64,000 nt of DNA from assembly GCA_001643675.2 (NCBI GenBank), contig LSRY02000001.1:1674001-1738000 (forward strand), in the 5' to 3' direction. Shown one piece after another: positions 23,271 to 34,900 of the stretch. The translations under genes were made by a program, and so were the position numbers. The first letter of the stretch is position 1. The number at the start of each line of letters is the position of its first letter. The notes beneath the pieces were generated by a model, which saw nothing but the letters and a program-made list of their open reading frames with translations, ran no database searches and was not told where the DNA came from. This stretch comes from Monocercomonoides exilis PA203. Lineage: Eukaryota; Protista; Preaxostyla.

Positions 23271-23722
23271 CAGTCAAAACCGGATATAATCACATCTGAT
23301 TTCACACGAATTTTTGTAATTTTATCCGATTGTGATTATGTACGATGTGACTTAACATTGAATAGTTCAAATATGAATTTATTCGTTAATTAGTTTTGGG
23401 CCTTTTCTTTTCATTTTTTAAAATTCTTCACAAATTCACATTTAACACTTGTGTAATCGATTTTTATCTTTAATTTGCATCATTCAGTCATGTCAAAAAC
23501 ATAATTATTTAAAAATCTAAAAATGAAATTTTTGATCAGTCAATCGATTTTTCAACGAAAAATGAGCCCTTTATAAAATAAAAAGTGATTGTTGATATTT
23601 GGCCCTGTGATTATATGCGATAAAAAATAAATGGAAAATAGGCCAAAAATGTCTATGCATGGAATAATGTGACTATAAACGAATAAGATTGGATTCGTTG
23701 TGAAAGTATCCTGTTAAGACTA
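23271..23722. mobile_element. MITE family B, copy 1 (TIR CAGTC[A/T]AAACCGGATATAATCAC)
   Basis: Colinear with the reverse complement of 52197-52640 over the full length. The right TIR is degenerate and followed by TA. Confidence 0.8.
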
Positions 23723-24461
23723 TATTTCATTTTATTTTTAAAAATTGTTATGAAATGTTATTTTGTTTTTTTTTTTTTGATAGATATTTGGGTAATTATT
23801 TTTAATCATATTTAAACATTCAAAAACTACAGTTAGAAAATTTTTCTTAAATATTAACAACAAAACACTAAAAAGTGAAATTACGATTTAAAGTTATCTT
23901 CATCATTATTTCAGCTTTAACATTTGTTTCAGAAATTGCTTTGATGAAATATGTCAAAAAAAAAATACATAATCTCTTCCCCAAAACTAACAACCTTTGA
24001 AAAACAAGCACACCGAAAAAGTTATGATATCAAAATTAATAACTTATTTCTTTGAAAAACAAATTAAATTAATTTTTTCTTTGAACTATGTAGTGAACAC
24101 ATTTTTTTCCATTTATCCTTTTTTTTTTTCATTCGGGGTATTCTTTTTAATTTCATATCTTTTCAGTCAATATTTTCGAATGAAAATTTTGTTGCAAATT
24201 CTAAGAAATCTGTCAAATGCTTTTGTTAAAAACAGAAATGCACTTCTTTCTCCTTCTGTGATTTCATGCATTTAAAAGACAATTATTTAAAAGCTAATAA
24301 CGCATCTTTTAAAATTCTTTTGTGAATAACTAAATACTCGAAAATTACGCATCCTCCGAAAAAATATATGATTTCAAAATAATCACACATATTTATCTTT
24401 AAAAATCAATTTGAAGATTTAAGTGTGATTTCCTGGCACTCAAGACTCTTTCGATGGATTA

Positions 24462-24838
24462 CAGATATAGCATAAAATACCGGACAAGATCGTTTTCTCA
24501 ATTACCACTCAAAGAGAAAATTTGATAATATTCCTCTAAAGATATCTTAACAATACAAACTCATTTGGCATATCAGACTTTCATTTCCGTGCAGACTGAA
24601 TATTTTAAAAATAATTTTTAAAATTTCGGAGAATTAAGATTTTGAATTTCTCCGAAATTTTAAAAATTATTTTTAAAATATTCAGTCTGCACGGAAATGA
24701 AAGTCTGATATGCCAAATGAGTTTGTATTGTTAAGATATCTTTAGAGGAATATTATCAAATTTTCTCTTTGAGTGGTAATTGAGAAAACGATCTTGTCCG
24801 GTATTTTGTGCGATGTCCGGTATTTTTTGCTATATCTG
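24462..24838. mobile_element. Fold-back MITE family A with perfect 160-bp arms
   Basis: 24474-24633 is the exact reverse complement of 24648-24807, with a 14-nt loop. Termini CAGATATAGCA/TGCTATATCTG are flanked by TA on both sides. The right arm has an extra 19-bp subterminal duplication. Confidence 0.92.
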
Positions 24839-25521
24839 TATATTTAACTGGTCCAAATTATAAACAGTGCTTTTGTGATAATTGCTTTTGTATTTATTCA
24901 AAAGTTGATTCAGACAATTTTATCAACAAAATTAAAAACAAACAAATTGATGAGAAATAAACCATTTTATTTAAACTGTTCAATTCCTTATTGAATGGCA
25001 AACTGAAACGCTTTGAAAAATTTTCTATTGGCTTCAATCAAAACAAATTGGAATTATTTAATAAAACAAAATTTAAAATAACTATTTTTTTGAAAACAAA
25101 AGGAAGAAACTCACGTTAGTCCACAATACGTTGTGATATAAGCTGGAAGATATGACAATTTGGTTCACATTTGTTTCTTGTGCATTGTCCCAAATGGAAT
25201 TGTATTAAAAATTATTGTATATTTTTTCCTTGAAATTCTTTCATTTTTCAAAGTCACTATATAAATTTTAAAATTTTGATTTATTTTATTTAATTTTATT
25301 TTATTTTCATTTGTTCGAAAATATTTTCGAGTCATTGAATATTCTAATGAAAATGAAAATACCAATGGAGCATAAACAACTAAATAATTACCTCTTTGAA
25401 GATTTTAAGATTCCATATTTAATTTCCTAAAAATCCAAAAAATACATAAAATCAAATAGGGTGAACATTTGGACAAAAAAGAATTAAACAAATTCTGAAA
25501 CATCCGCAAACATTATAAATC

Positions 25522-28500
25522 TTAGATAGGCTTTTTTGGATGGATATTTGATTCTCTTTCAGTTCTATGCTGATAAGTTGTAAATCCCTTTGGAGTCAAC
25601 CATTTTGCTTTGCTTTCTCTTTCTTCTTCTTTTTTAATATCTTCTGGGTCGAACAGTCCTGCTTCAAGCGACAAAAACTGATCGGATTCTGAAACAAACA
25701 AATTCTTCCCTTTCCCTTTTTCACCTTTTTTTGGATCTCCCGCAATTATTTCTCTAAGCTTTTGTTTTTGTAGCCTGATTGCATTCATCCGCTGAGACGC
25801 GTAGAGATAGACCTGACCATCTGGAGCCTTTTCAGCCTCCTTCAGCTCTGATTCCGTAATAATCTCTGCACTAAGTCTCTCTTTCTCGTCTTTCTCTTTC
25901 AACTCTTCCAGTTTCTTTGTCTGCGCTGCTGTTCGCACAGCAGCGGTTGTCTTGTTGAAAGACAGGTGATCACCAATTCTGACTGTGTCTGGCGAGAGCG
26001 TGGCTGCCATCATCAACTGTGTTCTGTGCGGAGACCTGTGGCGAAAATGAACTGGTGAAGCAGCAGCAGCACTTGACAACGTTTGCTCACCATTGAAATG
26101 TCCATCAGAAGATGGATGAGTCTGTGATTGTTGAAGAGATGCTACAAATGACCTTTCTTTTGGGGCAAGTTTTTGTTCTTTCGTTGTCTGAATGCCTTGG
26201 TTTGGCATTAATTCCGTGGCTTTCTCTTTGTCAGTTGTAATGGAATTTTGACTCCAGTTTTTGTTTGAAGGTGAAGTTATAAATGTTCCATCAGCTGTAA
26301 CTACCACCGGATCGACGTTGCCATTCAGCTGCAAGTCGCTTTCGAAAACCGCTCCGCCCATTCGCTTTTCCACCGCAAACAGCTCGCTCACAGATGGCCA
26401 CAGTTGCATCTGCGTTATCTGTGCAAAAGACGGGACGTGAGGCAGCTCGGCCAAGCATCGGAATCCACGTGAGAATTCGATTGGGAAGCGCGTGTGCGAC
26501 ACAAGGCGGCTGTCCTTCTGCAGCTGAGAAAGCGGACGCCTCAAGCAGATGCGTGTAAGGTCGAATGTGAGGCTGGAATACATACGGCTCATAAACAGGT
26601 GGCTTGGATCGAATAAAAGACGTACTGTGGAGAAAAGGGAATCAACCGGAAGTTCTCTGCGTGCGGAAGATGCAGAAAACGGAGAAGAAGCAGAAGCTGC
26701 TTCAGGAGTGGCTGACAGAACCTCGGGTGCATCGTCAACAGCTTCTCCTGCCATTTTGAGTACGTCTGGGTAATTCAACGGATGTGAAACAAAATCAATC
26801 AGCTCTTTCACTGCGCCATCGCATGATCCTTCCACAATGATGATTTTACCTCCTCCTCCTTCTTGAGTTTCTCTCCCATCAATCACATGAAACCCAGTTA
26901 AAACATCGATCTCGTTAATCATCTTTTTCTCCTCGTCTGTCAACATCCGGTTGGACAGAGCATGAGGAAGCGGACCACTCACGTTCAGCACAGCACAGTT
27001 CACTTTGTACACAAATGACAGCAAAGAACGTGCTTGCCGGCGAGCGTGGCGAGGAGGCAGCACAAACACAACTCGGGCAATCCGCTTTGGAGGAACGATG
27101 TGGTGTGGAAAACCAGCAGCAAGTGTGACGTGCACTTTCACCTGAGAGTGCATCTGGACATACAATCCAGTTGGAAGCGGTGGCGGCGTTGGTGAAGGAG
27201 GAGATGCTGGTATGATTGGCTTCTTTTCTACTGAAGACGCACCATCTTGCTGCGAAGATGCTGATGTTGGTGTTAATGCTGCTGTTGCTGGTTGAGAAGG
27301 AGCGACAGAAGGAACGCTGTTTGGGGCTGCTCCTCCAGCACCACTTGGAATGCTTTCATTTTGAGAAGCAGATTGGTTCAGAGGAGATGGAGCGATCTCC
27401 TTTTTCAACAAGCGTGGTTGGATCAGTTTCTGATGAGGCGGATCGGAGTGGAGAGTGGATGGCAGCGGGGCAGGGGACAGTGCTGCACGCAGAGTGAAGT
27501 TCGTTAGTCCGCTCGAAAACACATCTGTCCATGGAATGGATGCCTGTGCGTGTGGCTCATACTCAGAAATGATCTGAGCATTGGCACTCAATTGCGATGC
27601 TCCGCCATCGCCTTCTTCTTGGTTTTGTTGCTCTGATTTTTCTTTCTCTTTGCTGTTCGCTTCTTTCTCTTTCTCTTTCTCAATGTCTCTTTCTTTTGAC
27701 TTGCTCCTCTTCTTCTTCGACGCTGTGATAGGCTTTTCAGTTGTTTTGTCTTCTCCCCCTTTACCCGTTTTACCTTCTTTTTCTGGCTTCTTTTCTTCTT
27801 TTTTATCTACTGCTTCAGTCTTTTCCTGCTGTTCAGTGTTCTCCGCTTTCTTTTCTGGCATTTTTGCGCAAATGATTCTTCCTCGTGATCGATTGATAAG
27901 ATACTTCTGGTACAAACTCAGTTGAGGCATTTGCTGTTGAACTGCTTCTGCAGCTTCTGAATCAAAACCTGCTTTGGCAGATGATGAAAAGGAAGAGGAA
28001 GAAGAAGAAGAAGAAAGTGTTCCAGTGTCATCTGCATTCTTTACCTGGTCATTCAAAGTCGAAGTACATACGGTTGGAGGTGGGCGTTGAGCCTGCTTTC
28101 TGTCTCTGTCGTGCACACGCACCATAATCGGGTTCTGCTCCATCCACAGCAGCGCATCCAGCGGACTCACTTTGCCCAGAAGAATAATCTCACGGAAGCC
28201 AAAGTTCGCATCGCCTGATGAGATGTTTGCTTGGGCCTTAAGAAGAGAATGTTTTGTTTGCAGAGGAGTGGAATGAGTGGAAAGAGGTGAGCGGGTGCTT
28301 GATGCCAAGCGAGCAGGGGAGAAAGTGCCAGCAAGTGGAGATTGTTGCTGAGGAGACCGGAGAGGCGAGCCGATGGGCGAACGCAGAGTAGATTTTGGAG
28401 TGGATGTTAGTGGAGATTGCTGGCGAGAAGAGGAGCGGTTGAGCGCAGGAGACGAAAGAGGAGTTGAGATTGGTGTGCCTTTTGTGGAGGAAGTCTGCAT

Positions 28501-31500
28501 CAATTGGTCTGTTGCAGTTAAACGAGCAGGAGAAGAGGGAAAGCTTGTTTCTTCAGCATTATCAGCATTTATACCATCAGAACTTGGATTCACTTCTATT
28601 TCTGTTCCAAGTGTAACGCACATGTTGTTATCCAGCTCCATTGAGTACTCCTGTTGCACGCCACCGCCCCAGCCAAGCTTGTTTGTCTTGTCATCGTCTG
28701 CTCCCAACGGAACAGGCTGCTTTTGTTCAGTCTCGCCTCCTTCAGCACCCTCATTCAACTCTTTCTTTGATGCAGACAACTGCAATTTCATTTCATCCAG
28801 CTTGGTTGATGAACTACTTCCAGGACGTTTCTTCTTCGTCTTCTCTCCTTTTTCGTCTTTATCTTCTTTTGATTTGGACTTTTCTTTCTCTTTCATCGGA
28901 GATTTGGGACGAGCCGAGCGACGTTTTTGTTGGGAAGATGTTGGCTTTGCTAAAACAAAACAAATGAAAGAAACAGAAAATTTTATTAAAATTATTGTTT
29001 AAAATTCACATAAGTTCACCAAAATGCAAAAGATTTATGAAACAAAAGAATCATCGAACAACAAAACACAAACCATCTCCACTTTTCTCCGCGTTTTCCT
29101 CCTCAGAATTCTCAGTGGCAGCAGCTGCTGCCGCAATAAATGCTGCAGACGGTTTTGTTTTGCAAAGAGACAAAGAAGCATAACATGGATGACACAGTGT
29201 GTTAAGCTTATGTTCAGAAGGATTCAGCGGAAGATCTGTGACTTCAGCCAGCTCAACAGTCATCGGATTAAGACTTGAAAGATATGGTAATCAATCAGAA
29301 ATCAATGCATACAAAAGGGAAATTGAATTGTTTGAAATAAAGAAATTCAAAAATATAAAGTTAAAAATCTCAAAGTTAAAACGACAATATTTTTTTTTAA
29401 AAAAAAAGACATGAAAATTTCATACGTTTCAGCCATTTCCTTTGTGAGAATTGGCTCGTTCTCAGGCTGCACGAGTGTCAGTGTGATGTGAATGTCTTCG
29501 AACAAATGGCAGCCAAATGTGGGCTCTGGATAGAAAGGAAGAATGGAGTCATTCAAAAGAAAAGGAGGCACCGGCTTCTTCGAATAGCAGGAGAAGGGTG
29601 ATTTGTCCGCTTCTAATTCTGAGTTGATGTTTGTCTCTGCAGATGAAGGACGTTGCGATGAAGAAGAAGGACGAGCAGTTTTTGATGAGATTGGAGAGGA
29701 TGCGAGTGAAGAAGCAGAAACTGAAGCTGAAGAAGAAGAGGAGGAAAAAGAGGAAGAAGAAGTCAATGAAATTGGTTGAGGTTGAGACAACATGAAATTG
29801 TGAAGTGATCGAACAAATGTCAAAGGAGTGATGTGAATCAAAGACTGAGAACAGGGTGAAGAGTTGAATGCAGAAAAGGTAAAGCCTCCAAATGAATCTT
29901 TTTGCATTGAAGAATTCAAAGTTGTTGACGTTCTCAAAGCTGACTGTGCATTTTGAGAGTTCTGTGTGTTCTGAAGAGAAGTGCCCTGTGCTGGCTGGCG
30001 AGGTGATCTCGACGGAGAAGAAAGCGGAGAGCGCACCAAAGGCGTGAGAGAAAGAGAGGTTGCAGGAGAACTTGCTGTTTTCTGTGAGCTTACAGAGCTC
30101 CGAAGAGGCGATCGATTGGGAGTTGCCGTACCAAACGAAGAGAGCGAAAAGGGCTGCAATCCAGTTGCTTCTGTTGGATCAGGCTCAGCTGGCTCGACAA
30201 ATGAAATGAGGTCGTCTGGCAGCAGAGAAGAGTCCTTCACAGGAAAAGGAATGGTCAATGGAAGCGCAAAATGACTGCTGAATTCGCTGAATGTGCCGCT
30301 CATCTGTGACATCAGCGAGGACTGCGTTGAGCCCAACGGCGAGCCGCTCTCCTTTTTCGCTTGTTTTCTTTGTTTTTTCGTGCTGAATGACAGCGACTTC
30401 CCGTCCATCATCTGACTGGCCTCTGAATGGAAGCGCACTTCTCTCTTTCCATAGAGCAGTCCCAATGGATCCAGCTCAAACACTGCAACCAGCACATCGC
30501 CTTGCGCGTTCGTCAGAAGAGGAGAAAACGGTCTATGCAAGAGTGCTTCATCGATCTCTGGTGCAGCAAGAGATGCATATGGCTCGGGAAGCAACGTTTC
30601 CTGGTTTACTTCTGGTTGGTCTTTGTTCAGCCCTTCATCCTGTTCAGCTGTTGCTTCAGTGACTGACTGTTTTCCGGAAGGCGTGCCTGGGCGTTGCTTT
30701 GCTGAAGCCCCACGTTTTCCTTTCTTTTTTTCTGTTCCTGTAGATGATGCTGCATCTGACTTGTCTTTCGTTTCTTTCTCAGCACCTTTCTTTCCTTTGA
30801 CTTTTTCATTTCCTTGAGTGTTCTCATCTTGTTCTTTTCCTTCTGCTGACGCTTCCATATCAAATTTCTTCAACCAAAAGTATATTTCTATCTTATTCTT
30901 GAAAAAGTTTATCAAAAAATCTTCGTTAACAGTTGCAGTCCATCCGGTTTCATAAGTAAATGGCTGGCCAATTTCAATTACAGGAGAAAGCATTTCTTTT
31001 TCAAGTGCATTTGCTTCTATTTCCTCTTTATCTTGCTCCTCTTTCCCCTTTTTTGATTTTTTCTTTCCGGCTGTACCTGGTCGAGGAGTTTTCGAAGGAG
31101 GAGGTTGAGTTTGATTCAAGCTTTGAAGTGCATCTTCCAAATGTTGTGATGTTTGAGGAAACAGTTCTTTTAAAGGTATTTGTTTCATTCCCTGAACGTC
31201 AACGGTGAAATACCCTGAAAGAAAATTCAATTAGAAAAATGAAAAAAAATTGAAAATTCTTTTTTTGTAAAAGAAAAAACCTCGATGCTGTCCAATGCAA
31301 AATGTTGTTTGAGAATAGAAATTAGATAGAATTTCAAGAGGTATTCCTCGTAAATTCCCTTCAATTTTCATATTAAGCGAGCAAATCCTTGCTGGAGTAG
31401 CATCTTGCAAACTGAAAAGAATAAAAAAATACAAGCCAAAAGAAAATCATACTTAGCATCTTCTTCAACAATTATCTGCTCCTTTTTCTTTTTGCTTGAT

Positions 31501-31552
31501 GCCTAATCGACATGAATCCAAATATTTAAAATAATTAAAAAAAACAAACCAT
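25522..31552 (-). CDS. CFAP92: CFAP92/KIAA1257-like cilia- and flagella-associated protein
   Basis: Introns 31503-31549, 31412-31452, 31215-31280, 29274-29425 and 28950-29073 join the ORFs in frame. Motifs recalled from the CFAP92 family: LNPMTV..LP, VRVHDRDRK, DVLTGFHVIDG, YLYASQRMN, KAKWLTPKGF. Confidence 0.75.
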
Positions 31553-31928
31553 TTCCAACGATGTTATGGGATACAAACTCAAAAATTGCTTTTCAAATTA
31601 AACTGATTCATGGGTTCAAAATAGAGAGTTATCAGCTTTTTGGGAAATTATAACCATTACAAAAATATATTCATATTTAAACAGTGTAATTCAACATAAA
31701 TAAAATATTAACAATTATTTACATAAGACGCATTTATTATAAAAAATTCATTTTACAATAATTTATAAAAAAGCATTTATTTAGACGAAACAAGGTCCGT
31801 TCTTTTGCTTTTTATTGTATTTAGATTGTTTCTGTTGCAAATTAAAATATTTCAAAAGATACACTCATTATTTATTTTCATCATATCTAGTAATTCATAT
31901 CTTTGCTTTGGATATATTTTATTGAATT

Positions 31929-34900
31929 ATGATGGCTCATTTAGAAAAGAAATTAGATTCTGTAATTGTTCCGTCAGAGATAATTTCAACATTTCATGGA
32001 CTTTCGTCAATGTCTTCTTCGGAATTTGTCAAAACTCTGCCTTCTAAAAATCGAAAAGAATTTCAAAATTTGCTTCGATCTTCTCTTCAAACGCTATCAT
32101 TTGAAACAAATATAAACTTTCAAGAGCCCGAGAGTCCTGTTGGATCGCAAGTAACCTCTTCAAGTCATAACTCATCTTCTACCGCAAAACCTGACATAAA
32201 TTTTAATGCACATCCGTTTTTTCTTCGGAATTCTGCATTTCTTAAGAGAACTCCTTCGTCAAAGACTTTGAAAACAAAATCACGAAACGTTCGACGGAAG
32301 ACTGATAAACTTAGATCATTACTTGTGACTTCCAGTTCATCGGTGAACCTTCATTCTAGTTCTTTGCCTTCTCAGAGGTCTCAGTCTTTGCCTCCTCGCA
32401 CAGGAACATTTTTCGAAGAACAAAAAAAGATAACAATTCCTTCCAGACCAAGACCTTCAAACATGCGACCCAAAACAGCCGCTAAAACATTGCGTCCAAA
32501 TTGCAAATCAGAGTCTCCTTTTTCTTTGCAAGCAAATGAATTAGAAGAAAAGAAGATGCCAAATAAATCTTCTTCACATCAAAGACCCTTTTCAGCAGTA
32601 ACGTCTTTGAGCAGACATCAGTCGCATTCGCCTCTGAACATACAGCCACAGCATTTGCAGCGCCCTTTCTCTGAAAATGCAAGCGCAAATCTCTTTTGCT
32701 GCTCGGTCACTCCTTCACATGAGAGCTATGAAAGATACTTGCTCGGCCAATCTCCGAGTTTAAATGAGGTGTTGAAGTCAGACACGCCTGTTGAGCCAGA
32801 ATTTCAATCTGTTCTTGCTTTTGAAGACGTCCAAGAAGATGTTAACACTCTATCTGATGCTGAGATTACTCCTCCTTCTGCATCTTCTCCTGCATCTGTT
32901 GCTCCTCAAAGTGTATCAGAAAAGGACAATCCATTCGACTTATTTCGCCCAAAAAACCTAACACTTTCACTCCAACTACCAAATAAAGGTGCACTTACAG
33001 AACGGTCTGTAAGCACAGACAAAGGGTATTTCACCAGCCGCACTGTGGTTCCGTTGTCTTCTTTTTCTTCTCCCTCTTCTCCTCATTCAGGATTCTCATC
33101 GCAGCTGCCTGCTCTCCCGCCTTCTTTCCATTTCCCTGGGAAGAAGCTATTCCAGAGAAATGAAGAAGTTCAATCGTTCCCAGAAAAGAAGAATGGCTCC
33201 CCAGAAAAGACACAGAAATCTACTGCTCAGTCGCCTTTTCAAGTCATCAGGCACTTTTCGAGCACTCCTTCACACACATCAAACAACAACAACAACAACA
33301 TTCATTTCCAAACGGACACTTTCCTTTTAGCACCAAAATCTTCTTTTGCAAATGTCCCAAGTTTTCAGCCTTTCACCAGCTCTTCTTTGCCGCCTTCTTC
33401 ATCTTCATCCATTTCCCAGTCGTTTGATCGCTCACATCCTTCTCTCGTCCACTCATCTCTACAGTCAAACAGCATTCCTTTATTGCCAATTGCATTGAAT
33501 AGCAATGCTTTCCCTCGCCCCGTCTCTGAATTGCCATCCACAAATAGGCAAATGAATGTGTCTCGAGACTCAGATCAACAGAATCAAATGGAGCAAACAA
33601 AGAACAATTCGGATTTCATGTCTTCTCACAAAAATTATGAAATATCTTCAAACTATTCACCAGATACAAGCATGGAAAATTTATCAAATTCATTTCGCCC
33701 TTTCAATCAATCTTCTAATTCAGCAACACATTCCAGAGAACCATCGCCAACTCATCTGAGCACTTTCAATAGCATTTCATCTGATGCGCTTCTTTCAGAC
33801 GATGTTGAAGCAGACGCTGCTGTGAGAGATTTGCTGTCAAAAAGTGAGATAAGACGTGGTGAAGACATGAAACAAGAATCCCATTCAGATTTGGCTGAAG
33901 GAAGCAGCATCAGCCAACAACAGAGTGAAAAGAGCAGATGCGAAGATGGCTCGAAAGGAAACACACAAAAACAGCTTGCAGCTTCACTAGCATTGAAGCA
34001 AAGAGCTGATCTGAGACAATCTTTGGACAAAAAGTTTCCTTTTTTGTCTGCTTCTTCTGATTTCCCGTGTGATAACGATCAAAAAACAGCGCTGTGGAGA
34101 GCACAACTGTCTCCGTTGATGTACAAAAGAATGGAATTTCCTTCCCCATTTCGCTCTTCATCATCATCATCATCTTCTTCTTCTTCTTCCTCTTCTTCTC
34201 TCTCATCCAAAGGTATTCATCAACCAACTTCTATGCAGGTTACTCCACTTAGCACTCCCATTCAGTCTCCAAAGCCTTCACGCTCAGCTTCTCCGCAGGT
34301 TCATTCAACTTATTCGCAATCAGACAAATTAACAGAAGCAGACAGAGAATCAGAGCCTGTTCAAATTCTTGGGACGTTTTCTCCTCTTTCTCCAACATCG
34401 TCATCGTCTCCATCGAAGCAGACAGAATGCGATCTTGGAATAACACCACCGCCTTTGCTGCGTTCATCCTTTGCTTCTTCAAAAGCTATTCTGAAAACAC
34501 CTCAAGCAGCATCTAATGAAATGAAAAGTGATTTCTATTCTTCAAATGAAGGTTCAATGATATTGACACCTTCACAAGAAACAAATGGCAAAAGCAGCCA
34601 ACTCTCTTTGGTTATCCCATCTGAAAGCAACTTGGCGGAAGAGCCTGTGTCTCTTTCTCTGCCAACATCGGTCATTGAATTTCCTTCAAAAGCAGCGAAA
34701 GTCGCATCGCCAGGCTTTCATCGTGTTCCTCCTCCGCTTCCTTTGAAGTATTTGCGTCGAGATTTGCACGACAATTTCGATTTTTCACTGCCTTCTCCCT
34801 TTTTATCAACTCCAAATTCGCCAAAAACAAACAGAACGGATAATTCTGCATTCAATCGGCTGTCTGCAACATCTCCGTTGTTGTCAGATACTCCATCGAA

